From: Azolla caroliniana
Taxonomy: Eukaryota > Plantae > Polypodiophyta
Direction: 5' to 3'
DNA length: 64,000 nt
Assembly: GCA_043228905.1 (NCBI GenBank)
Contig: JBHGNT010000021.1
Location: forward strand, 620,001 to 684,000
This document shows, one piece after another, positions 24,114 to 36,900 of the stretch. Numbering within the stretch: position 1 is the stretch's first letter; the number at the start of each line of letters is the position of its first letter. The notes under the pieces were generated by a model. It was given only the letters and a program-made list of their open reading frames with translations. It was not told the DNA's origin and ran no database searches. Both the position numbers and the translations under genes were made by a program.

Positions 24114-27100
24114 CGATCGCGTGTGTGGGCCACACCACATCATCAATGGAGGCTGGAAGGTCTGGATTAGATGCAGATGGGGCTGGGTATTTAGATCCAC
24201 CATCATTGATATTATTACTCTCCCACACGTCCAGTTTCCACTGCCATGACCAGGGATCGAACTCTGGTGGATCCTCCAAGAGCTCTGGCGATGTGGCGGA
24301 TGATGTGGCGGATGATGTGGCGGATGATGTGGCAGATGATGTGGCGGATGATGTGGCGGCCGAGTCCAGCAGTTCCCTTAGGAGTGCCTGGGCGCGTTTG
24401 TACGATCGCACTTGGGAGTCGGTGTTGGTCGGGGGGCCTATGGAGGGCCCCATGGCTCCCCCTAGGACCACTTTCGCCTCTCCGAACCTCTCTTGCTTCA
24501 TCAGGCACATGCCCAAGTTGCATAACTTGTTATTGTCGGGTTCGAGCAACAGGGCCTTCCTGTAGGCAAATCAAGAAACCCGACAACGAACCGTATCCAT
24601 GAACAAACAAACAAGTGTCAATGTCCCCTCTATATTGGTGGCCTAGAAATCGATACATTTGACAACAATGTCGAGCACACGAGACGAATGCATGGGAAAA
24701 AAGCAGAGAAACCAACCAACCCACACATGCCCCCAAGATAAGACAAATACCTTGCTTCTTAGGGACATTTTGCTTTTGTAGAGCACCAACTCATGAATCC
24801 ATCAACAATGTTACGACTCAAATGTGAATGAGGAGGTCCAAGGTTCAAATATTTTTTTACCTGTACACTGCCTCTGCAGCAATGTAGTTGTGCAACTGCA
24901 TGTATGCCCAACCCAAATTTCCCTATCACATTCAAAATATGCTCATTCAGGCATGTTTGAGACAAATACAAGAAGGCCGAACTTATAACATTTAGAATGA
25001 CTATGTATTGACTCAATGGTAAATGTCGAAAGGTGATTCCACCATGTAGTACCCATTTATCAACCTCGAAGGAAATTTGGGATTCATTAGGGGCTATTTG
25101 CCTCTGTCATGATTCTCAAACTTTACAAATAAGAATGTTAACAAATTAAATGTCAATATTCGTTAAAAATTTGAGGTTTGGCATCAATGAGGCCGTCTTG
25201 TTAGAATTTAGTTTTCCACAAGTTGTCAACTTTGCCCTTTAAATGGCTGCCTTGCCCCAATAATGGCACACATTCATGATATGTATGAAATTCACTTTCG
25301 GTCAATAGAAATGTTGTTACACTTGCTGATCTACCTCACAAGAAAACAACCTTCGTAAAGCAATAATATACTTTCTCCCTCTCGCACTACCCTTTACATT
25401 AATCATTCGGAACACAAGAAGTGCAAGTTTACTCATAAATCTAGAACATTATATCAATCAATAAATTATAAATTCAAATGCATCCAAATTTATGGGTCTT
25501 TAATTATTTTGTAAAAAAAGTAAAAAATTTAGCCATGACACAGAGGATTCCTATAGAAATTTCGTGATAAATGAGAACTAGACCCCTCCTCCGACGAGGA
25601 CAATGAAGACTCTTCCACTCCCTTCACGAACCTCATCACCCTTGACCAAGTTCACACTTCTACATGGAGTTTTGATAAAGGAACAACATGTTATCAAGGG
25701 CAATAGAATGCCTCCAAGAGGCACACCATTAGAAAATCTTTTTGTTATGAGATTTGGGAACAATGGGCTCGAGTATGCCCTTGGGCATGACATAATCTAT
25801 ATCGAACTATCGTATGGAAATTTTATTGCAATTAGTATTATATACCAAAAATAGCGAAAAACTTAATATCTATAAATAAAACTCGTAGATGACAAAACCT
25901 CATTTGTATTCTATCACAATTATTGCATATGTTATAACTTATAAGACAACCTTTGGTTGAGGTTACATAGTTAATTGTCCATGACAAAGATACCTTTATT
26001 CACCATGTTGTTCTATGTTGCTTGTTCAAGAAACAATGGTTCACGTGGTTTGACAACATATAACCATAGGCTTTAACCTACCTTGAAAATCTTCACCATC
26101 CCTTTGAGAAGAGTGTATCTTTGGGGAGCTCTCAAATTCTCCTTTTCCATGAGACCCAATCACCACCATCAAACCCCTCCAATTAGTATATAGAAAAGTA
26201 TATGTGGTCTTTGGTCCACCTCATCCCAATCCAATAATGTATAAATTTCTTGATGTTTATAGATGTTTATACTTGTTTCATGATGGTCCCTTTTCAACAT
26301 AAAACCTGGTGACAAATCCTTGAGAAATCTAAAGTCTATCACAAACTTGACAAAACGCAATAAGACCTACCACTTAAAGCACTACAATTTGATAGCAACA
26401 CAGAAGTCTAAAATATTTCGTTCCTCCCACCAAAATCACAAGATCCAACAATAATTTACAATACCTCGTACCCCTCAACATAATTTCAGGTTTGATCAAT
26501 AAATTTGGTCGTATACAGTTTCCCCTCGTAGCATATTCATTGTGGCAGGCATCCTACATCATATTGGGAAGAGGTAGTATCAACTACTTGTACATATTTA
26601 AATAGGACATGTAGTAGTTGTATATGAATGATCTCATTCCAGTAATGGTTTGGGACTTGGGTAAAGACTTGATTATATAAACCTATATGTGTTTGGAAGC
26701 TTGGCTTATGCTCTCTTACCCCTAGATGTCCAACGAATATTGGATAACAATGAGGTTCATACTATATTTGTTGTTTACTAGGGTTGCCTTTTGTGTATAA
26801 GGGTTACTAGTCATATGAACCAAATGCAAACAATTTATCTTTACCAGATGGGTAATACATAACGAAGATAAACTAATATCCCATATTCATAGACATCCCA
26901 AACTTGAAATGATACCAAATACAACTATAAATCAATTTCCTCTAACGAATATGGTTACCAAATGAAACTAATTTAATTGTACTTGGTGGGCTCCATCCAC
27001 TTCCTTGGAGATTGAACAACCAACAAATACCATGTGATTTTTCCACATTTGCTAATAACGCTACCACATTTGACCTAGCCACATGTTTTTCCTTGGGGAT

Positions 27101-30100
27101 GATGACCCTTTGTCATTTGTGACAATAAAACCACCACAACAAAATGAACTACATAACCCACTCATAAAAATCAATCATATCCAAAATAAGAATATCGCCA
27201 ATAATTCCAAAGCCCTGAATGTGATACCTTAAACTCATTGTGATTATGCACACTCACGTCCTAGTGGAAGTTATTCTACCCACGAGCAAGTTCCTCATGC
27301 CTTAATGGAAAAACATATGACACCAATCATGACACTTCCTTTATTCATCCTCACCTCACAATGAGATTACAAGAGTTATCCAAGTGTGCTTCGCTACGCA
27401 ACGATGTAACATCAAGATCTCTAATAGGATTGACTAGGAAGAAGGTTTTGCACAAATATTTGTAAAGTTTACGAATGTTTTTCCCCCCACTCATGAAAAA
27501 ACTTGGACCATACTAATAACCTCGATATCTTGTCATCTGCACCTCATTCACCTAAATTTACATCTTATTGCAGGAAAGTTCAAATACTTAGTGATACTCA
27601 AGATCACACCAACAAATTACCTACTCTCGTTCCATAATATCATTTTGAAACAAAATGCACATGCTTTGAACTTTGCTCCCCTATCGCATATGATGTTCTT
27701 AATGATACATTAATTAATTATCACAAGGCATTGCAAAGTTGAGAAATTGTTGAATGATAGACCATCATGGAGGAGGAGAAACTCACTTCTACCTCTCTAC
27801 AAAAAGAATCAGGGACTCCACTACCATTCCCTATAGACCATTCACATGTTTCATGCAAATGGCTATTAAAGCGAATATTATACCATCATGGTGAAATTGC
27901 ACATTGTAAATCCCGACTTGTGGCTTATGGTTTCTCTCAAGTTGAAGGACGTGACTACTTCAAGATGTTTTCACCTTTTCTTTAGATGTCATCATTTCAA
28001 TTACTCATAGCTCTAGCCACCATCCTTGACCTAAAGATACATCACTTTGATGTAGAAATGACATTTCTACATGGGAATCTATTGGAAGAAATCTACCTGT
28101 CACAACCTCAGGTGGCTTTGAAGGAATTTGATAATTGAGTTCACAATTGAATTGGATTTGTTGGCTCCAATGAACCCTCTATGGACTCATTCAACAATTT
28201 CCTGATTATGGTTTTAAAAGTTTCACAATTTTCGAAATAAAGTTCTATCTGAAGATTTCTCTATATTAGCTTTAGGTCCCAAGGGTGGCATCATATATTT
28301 TAGTCTCACAAATTAACCACAATGAAAATCTAGGAACTCTTGGCATTCGTCAAAATAAAATTCTATCTAAAGCTAGTAGTGGCCTTGGTTGTCATTGGAC
28401 TATGGTTGCAGAAGTTATGTAAGGAACTTCAACTATGCAAGAAACTCTAGTTGAAGATCAGAAGTGATATTATCAACTTGGAAACACAAAAACAAGGATC
28501 AACACCACGACATCTCTTGGTAGGAAGATAACCCACCATAATATATACTTTTTACATACACCGAATGATGTACTTCCTATGTGCTGCACAATGTGATAAG
28601 GCAAATACGAAATTCTTCACCTCAGTTAGATATTTAAGTAGGTAGATATGCATGACTATCTCTAGAACAACGTATTTTCCAAATGTGTCATTAGTGATTA
28701 GAACCTGAAGAACAATATGTTTGCTATTGTCTTGTTGTTTATACAATAAAAGGGACACATCATTGCCTCTTTAAGCAATGCTTTGGCACAGTACGCAAGG
28801 TAATATTATGACCAACAATGGTTGGGGCTTTAAGGTTTTTCTTATAGAACTCAAGAGACACGATGAGAAGTTGTTGAGGACAGCAATACAACCAACCAGG
28901 GTCATCACCAAAGAACAATCACAACTTTCTTTAGCCCAATCACTCCTACTCAAACTACAACTCAATCAAGGGCTACACAAATGGGATCCCAACCAAGAAA
29001 TCCAAACCCTAAACCCTAAACTCTAGAGCAATTGCAATTTGTCGTTCACATAGGCCTCAATCTCATGGCCTTTATTTCCCCCCATCACAAGTGCACTCCT
29101 TGCTTCGAAGATCTCTCCATTCTAGATGGACCTATGCTAGAAATCTTTCGAAGATGGAAATTACAATATATCTGACTTGAGAGTCTTACATGTATAGATG
29201 GCCAGATTCTTTGGTCACAACTTATTCTATTTCTATTGACTATTTTTATTTGGTTACATATATTTTTGTTCGTTGTTCTCAAAGACAAGACAACATTTAA
29301 AGACGCTCGTCACTAATATATATTTCTTTCTCTGCTCTTGTTATTTTTCAAGGGATAAATTCAATAACATTCAAAGCATAAATCTAGAAAACTTTGATAA
29401 TGAATCCTTAAGCATCAGTCTTTTGCAAAATATAGAGTTAATGATTATAATAGGCATGTTTAGCCATTTGGGGAAGTAGGAAGTAGGTCAAACAAAACGC
29501 TATGGGGTTGGTTGAATTTAATGCACTTGGACATTTTTATGATATTGAAGAATTGATAGATGGGATAACATTTTCATGATGTTGATAAATTGTGCAAAGT
29601 TTTGGAAACAAATGGAGCATAAGCTTTTAAAGCTTTCAATGATTGGGTTAATTCAATGTTCTTGGACAACATGTGAGAGAGGCTTACTTGCCTACATCTA
29701 ATAACGAATAAGTTCAGAAATTATAGCCCAAAGCGTAACATGATAAATGCAATGATTCAAAGAGTTATTGATGAATCCGAGCTAGCACAACATGACTTCA
29801 ATGCCAATATTTTGTTTCGGTGAGAAAACAGAGTATATCATCATATTTTTACAAGAATCCTGGTGATCGGCATGGCATTGAAGACTTCATTGAAGTCATG
29901 GATTTGGGATAATGTTATCATTGAAGTCATGTATAATGTTATCAAGTATGTTTTGAATTCCCCTAATATAAAAAGACTTGTTATCTTTTACCAAGAGATT
30001 TAGCTATATATGTTCTATGATATTTTACATGATGCTTCGAAGAATTGTGAATTTTTTACTAGAAAGAATTAGTTTAATAAAAAAAACTCAATTTCTCTTT

Positions 30101-32315
30101 GTTCCAAATGACATGTAAAATGTAAGAATAGCTTACAAGAATTCTGTAATTAGAGTAAGGTTGACACGAAGCCTAACATTCGCCAGTATCTTTCTTATCA
30201 GTGACTCATGCTTAGGCTAGGAATCGTAAGAACGAGTAATTACCAACACTAATGCTTGCATAATTAAATAAACATGTTGAATATGTACTAAAACTACAAC
30301 TAGCTTCAACCTATTTGAATGTGTTTGCTAATAATATTTGTGTAGGAATAAAATATCATGTTAGTTATCTAGACTAATTGAGGATTGAATGTGGGGAGTC
30401 ACGGTCATGTGGTTAAAGAAGATATTTATCTTGAAGAATTAATATTAGTTTACTTTTGTTTGACATACAACATATCCTTAATCATACTAGGGATGTCAAA
30501 ACCATCGACAGTCTCGGTAGGGTTGATGAGTGTCGTCTAGCATACAAATGCTAGTAGACATTGATCACCAGAGGGAGTACCTAGCCATAAGTACCTTAGG
30601 TCACAAGGGGGAGTAGTAGCTTGTCTCAAGCCAAATACGATTCAATACTTCTCTGTGTCGAATGAACAAAATGTAACACATCATGTATATAGTAATATAT
30701 GGGCTTATAATTTATTAGAAGATGGAAAACCTCTTATTTTGAAACCATCATTTGGAGCCATTTGGAACTAGGTGATGATCAAACGCTAGGAATATGTGGT
30801 TAAATAATCAAGATCTATATCATATTTATTAATTTTGTTGTTGTATGGCTGTTCTTAAACATAACTAGGAAGTCAAACCTGGTGACAACCAGTTCTTAAA
30901 CATAACAACTAAGTCAAAGCCACACACAACCAAATAGGGTCACTGAGTGTCATCTACTAGACACACTAGTTCAGATTGGTCACAAGGGGGAACACCTAGT
31001 GCAAAGTAAGGAAGGGGGAGTAGTACCTAGGCCAAGGCCTACTACAATTCTATTATTCTGTGCATTGAATCCACAAAGTTGTATATATAATAATACATGA
31101 GCTTATAATTTACCAGAAGACGCGTTGCCTCTTGTCGAATAGATACTTGGAACTTCTTGCCTTGACAACGTGCGGTTTTCGTATGCTTCCCATTGAAGAT
31201 CAACCCTGTGTGAACACGATTCAACATATGTTTCAATAGCTCGATCTGGTCCTCGTTTCGACCACATTTCTACAATACCAATTACAGTATGTGAGGAAAA
31301 AACATTAGCAAAAACATAGTTAAACCTAGAGAGACATGAGCAAATATATATGTATATGTATATGTATATATGGATCCTTCACACTTTAAATCCGACTTTG
31401 TGTTGATCAACAAACAAAGACTTAGAAGCATATATATCATCACATAGCATTATACTTCAAACTAATGAATATGAAGAAGAAGCATTATCACATAGCATCA
31501 CATGATACTTCAAACTAATGAATATGAAGAACAATACATATCATCACATGATATTTCAAACTACTGAATATGAAGAAGAAGCATTATCACATAGCATCAC
31601 ATGATACTTCAAACTAATGAATATGAAGAAGAAGCATACTACATATCATAAGATGTGCACATGATACTTCAAGTTCAAGCTAATGATAATGAAGAACTTC
31701 AATCAAGCTTATGATAGGAACAAAAGATTTGTCATAAAGTACATATTAGACATATACACATTTATCATGTCTATTACTGTCTACTACTAATACTAGCTAC
31801 AACAACTACTACTAGCTACCACTAGCTACTACAATTAGACCTTGTAGAGATCTAGGAGGAGGTTGTCAAGAGCTGGCTGAGCAGCAATGGAGCAGTGCTT
31901 CCGGAATGAGTGGATGGCCTCGATCGCCTCCTCCGCCCGGTTCTGCTGCTTCATTATGATCACCATATCCTTGAGCGCGCTGTCCACACGGTCCCCTGCA
32001 TTTATCGCCGCCCACAACAATGCTATCGCCCGCTCAGGATCTTTCTCCAACAACTGCATGCAATGCAATTGAGTTGCAATTAATTGATTATAATACAGTG
32101 CTGTTAGTTTCTAATCCCTACAGATTAAGGACAGTAATTTAGCTCTGCTCCCGAAAGAATCTATGTCCCCATCATGGATTGTTTTTTTAAATTAGTGGGG
32201 TATTGCAATGCTTTGATTAAAACTAGTCACTAATTACCTGTGCGTGTTTAGCACGAACATAGGGGCCATCTCCTGTTGGGATCTTAATTAGTGTCTCCTT
32301 CTTTGTTGCAGGCAT
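23701..32315 (-). CDS. MS5/TDM1(POLLENLESS3)/SDI1-family TPR protein, copy A (~455 aa, 5 exons; start uncertain)
   Basis: Exons 32315-32238, 32053-31841, 31269-31114, 24922-24861, 24559-23701. Motifs: KIPTGDGPYVRAKHAQL, AINAGDRVDSALKDM..MKQQNRAEEAIEAI, LDNLLLDLYKKCGR, FNGKHTKTARCQGKKFQVSI, LGNLGWAYMQ, YRKALLLEPDNNKLCNL. Confidence 0.9.
25050..28250 (+). mobile_element. Degenerate Ty1/copia remnant in intron 3 of TPR copy A (antisense to the gene)
   Basis: RT fragment CKWLLKR...CKSRLVAYGFSQVEGRDYFKMFSP (27767-27985), then HHFDVEMTFLHGNLLEEIYLSQP. Many stops and frameshifts; boundaries approximate. Confidence 0.75.
31425..31700. repeat. Minisatellite (~45-55-bp units, ATACTTCAAACTAATGAATATGAAGAA) in intron 2 of TPR copy A
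   Basis: The core is repeated 4-5 times; copy B has only a single related segment. Confidence 0.85.
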
Positions 32316-33975
32316 ATCGACGGTTACCTTAATTACATTAATGACCCTTTTAATCACGCTGGTTACCCCCCAATCGCCCACTATTCACCATCATATAAAG
32401 GACACTCACTACTCATCTTCTTATTCATCCACTAGGCCCACTAATCCCTCTCTGTCTCACAGAAATAACCCTCCAATGACTGCTAACCCTATAATCATAT
32501 TGATCACACGGTATTCTCACTAATCCCCCTTCTTCCCCATGCTAATCACCCACTAATTAGGCTAATCAATCTGTCGAACAACTAATCACCCTCTTAATGA
32601 GAACCGCACGAGCACTAATCACCGCTAAGTACTCTGGTAATCACACACCACTCACCGTAGGAATCATCCACTACCTCATACTAATCCCCTTCGTAATCTC
32701 ACTCGGATCGTTTAAGACTGATACTCTGCATTTAGGGTATGATTCCAAACCTAGGCATTCTGTAGTCCACTTTCCTGTTTTTCATAATGAATGAATTGTC
32801 ATATCGAAATTCTGGTCTACATCCATCCCCCCTGATCTTCCAATACCGTCCGGACAAAATTCTGCAAAATACGAGGCTTTGTCAAAAACGAATTACTGTG
32901 AACCCAAATATATGTATCTGATTTGTGTTCCAAATAATATCTTTTTTTTCTCTCTCTCTTTGGAAACTTACACTTGAAAACCACACAAAAACTTATATAT
33001 ATATTAGCATTTGTGGGTGGATAATCTCTCTAGTAGCTTAATCATGATGTGTTTTCACATAATCATGGTTATGCAAGCATAGATTAAAATGTAGTGACAG
33101 AGTATGTTGTTGAGTTGGTCGAATCATCATGTCGAACCATGGAAAAATAATGTTACAATGTCTAGGTATCCTTCATTAAAACACATACGGAAAACATGTG
33201 GCATTAGACCCAAACACGATTGGCATTCAAACAGTATACGTATATCCTTCATAGAGTTTCTTCATGCTTAAATGGACAAGCCTCATTTAGCAGTTGGCCC
33301 GCAAACTCTACGAATCAAAGTCCAATATTCACTGACCAATCGATTTAAATCACTTTAAGAGAAGACACACATGTGCAATCAATCGTGGTACCCTTCCCAT
33401 GATTAGGTTCCATGACCTAACGAGGTTCCCGAATTGTTGGGATAATGGAAAAAACATGATCTTACTTACTTGTACAGTATGAATGCTCGCACTTACAAGG
33501 GTTTGTTCAATTCCAGCGTTGAAACAATTAAAACAAGGAAAAGGCACCCAAGGAAACCATCAATACTTGACATCATGCCTACCCGAGTCTTGATAGAAGG
33601 CATTGGAGAGATCGGCACACAAGGCAAGGCCATGCCAAAATAAATCCAATGATCATCTACTACATATGGTTAAGCACAAATTCTCGTGTAACACACTCGA
33701 GGGATCATGACTAAAATTAACGCCCCTATAACGCCGAGTGTGAGTCGATGACAGACATATAGCGATGGAAACAAACACAAAGTGTGTGTGTGTGTAGAAT
33801 GTGGAGTTAATCCCATGAAATTAAATAGATTCAAAGGCAAAGTTTTATTTATTTTTATTTACAAGATTGGCCCTGAGGAGGAGGAGGATGAAGCTTTGAG
33901 GGATGAAATGCTGCTGCTCTCTATGTCTGGGAGCATTTCCATTCCATTCATCTCATATGAATGAATGAGCCAGGC

Positions 33976-36900
33976 TCAGCTCTTTGTGTGTTGGAAGATC
34001 CGGAATCTGTGCTGCTGGATGATAGAATTCCTTTGAAGAAACTTCCTCTCATCATATTCATCCTCCACCTCATCACTGTCTGTGTCGGCCGATCCATTCA
34101 TCGAGTTCTCCAGTTTATAATTCATGTCGATCGCATCCATAACGCTGTCGATCACATCCGAGCTGAAACCATAGCCATCCTGGCCCTCCTTCTTATGATG
34201 ATAATGATTGCTATTGTTAAAATCCCAGGACTGCCCATTATGAGCCTGCCATTGATCATTCCATATGGACGCCGAAGTGGTATAAGGATCCGACCAGGTT
34301 CCATCGATCGACAACCGATCCGAGGACTTTACCCGTGTGTGTCCATGTTCGTGTGTGGGCCACACAACATCAATGGAGCTTGGAAGGCCTGGATTAGAAG
34401 CAAATGGGGCTGCACATTTCGATCCGCCATCATTCATATTATTATTACTCTCCCATACGTCGAGCTTCCACTGCCGTGACCAGGGATCAAACTCTGGTAG
34501 ATCCTCCAAGAGCTCGGGCATCGACAATGGCGATGACGATGCCACCGGAGAAGATGCCGTAGAAGAACCCGAGAGACATGGCAATGTGAGGAGAGATATG
34601 GGGGGCATGGCCTGCCGTAGCGTCGACGGTGAGGTGGGTGGTGACATGGACTGCGATGACGTGGTGGATGATGTGGCGGATGTCGTGGATGATGTGGCGG
34701 ACGATCCCGACAAGTCCAGCAACTCCTTTAGGAGTGTCTGGGCACGCTCGTATGATCGCATGTGGGAGTCAGAGTCGGGCCGACGTCCATCGTGGGGCCC
34801 TATGGGCATGGCTCCCCCTAGGACCACTTTCGCCTCTCCGAACCTCTCTTGCTTCATCAGACACATGCCCAAGTTGCATAGCTTGTTATTGTCGGGATCG
34901 AGCAACAAGGCCTTCCTGTAGGCAAATCAAGAGCCCGATGACAAACAAAAGAGTGTCAGTGTTCCCTCTATATTGGTGACCTAGATACATTTACATGCAT
35001 TTGACAACAATGAATGTCGAGCAACCTAGAGACATGGAAATCAATAAAACCCATGCCCCAAGATACCTTGCTTCCTAGAGACATTTAGTTTTGTAAAGGT
35101 ACCAACTCATGAATCCATATCAACAATGTTTGTTACCATTCAATGTGAATAAGAAGGTTCAAGGCTCAAAGGTTTTACCTGTACACTGCCTCTGCTGCAA
35201 TGTAGTTGTGCAATTGCATGTATGCCCAACCCAAATTTCCCTATCACATTTAAAACACACTCATTAAGGCATGATTGAGACAATATGAGGCTGAGCTTAT
35301 TATAGCATAGAACAAATGTGCATTGATGCGATGATATATGCCAAGCAACAAATTCAACCAAATAGTACCCATCAACATACATACGTATATATGTTTGATG
35401 GCACTTAGGTTGAAAATCCAAGTGAACCTTGTCCTTGGACTAAGTGCTGGAACCCAACCCATCTCAAAGGAATTCTAGGATGGTTAAGAGGGAAACTGCT
35501 TCTATGGTGACGTGACTTCTCAAGTAGCGAGGTCAAGAAATTTAATCAATATGAATAGTAATTATAAGTGAGTATGTTCACAAGTTCTTTAAAATTTAGA
35601 GGCTTCACTTTGGTAATGTCAAGTCTTAATTGCCAAGTCTTGTAAAGTTTGTCCTAAGTTTTGACTTCTGCCTTCTGAGCATATGGCAACCACTTCGGAC
35701 AAGTACATAATTCCCTTCGGTCAAAAGTGTTTTCCTATACTTTTAGTAATAAATCTAGCATATACCATCAATTAACAAATTCCAAAGTTTACTAAAAAAA
35801 TTTCCAAATCATATGAATTGAAATTGAAATTTCTTTACATTGTCAATAAATTGATTATGACACGAAGGATGGCTATATAAATTTAGTGAGAAAAAGAAAA
35901 CTTTATAAACAATGTCATAATGATGAATGTAACTACAATGATGTAGGGACATCTCATGAATGCAACCACAATGACAAGGATAACAAATACTTTTTCATTG
36001 GCTTGATGGCCCGCCCTCACAACCCTTGACCAAACTCCTACTTCCACCTGGATTCTTGACATAAGAGAAAGATGGCATGTTACATCCAAGGTGAAATGGC
36101 TCTAAGACCGTAACCAATAATGAAATTCCTTTGCCATGAAATTTCGGGAAAAATGAGATTGAGTACGCCCTTGGGCATGGCACAAACCATGTTGAATTAT
36201 TTGGTGACGATTCTATTGTATTCAAACAAGTTTGTTCAATACCAAACAAGTTGAAAAAACTCAATACTCAAAAATAAACTCATAGATAAATAAATTTTTT
36301 GTCAAAATCTATCTCAATTATACTCAGTTAATTGTCCACAACAAGGAAGCCTTCCTGTACTAGGTCGTCAACATAAAATTACTCCAAGGAAACCTAATAA
36401 AGATGCATACTACATTGATGATTCCAAATCATAAAATTACTCCACTTTAGTATTATTGATTAGGCCCTTTGAATCTTAATGAAAAAATGGTTCATATTGC
36501 TCAACAATGTACAACGACTAACTTTACCCTACCGCGAGTATCTTAACTATATTTCCTATTGTGAAGCTGTCAAATTCCCTTTTTTCTTCACACCCCATAA
36601 CCAACACCAAACCCCTCCCCATATATTGGGTCCCTCATCCACCTCATGCCTATCCCATAACATATATTTCATTATGGTTCATAGAGGATGATACTCATTT
36701 CCCAATAATCACAATTCTAACACAACATTTAGCTACCAAGTTCATTAGAAATTAAGGTTTACCATGAGCTAGTGGCAATGCAAAAAGATCCACGCCTACA
36801 ATCAAAAGCTTAGGATCGTTGATAACCACCAACACAATTCAAAGAGTTGAGTGAGAATCATCAATCGTATATATATGTGGCTCATAGCATGATCACTGTT

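Noticed and set aside
33961-34979. Plus-strand ORFs of 116-194 aa (and similar ones at 24028-24602)
   Set aside because: They are antisense shadows of the GC-rich last exons of the TPR genes.
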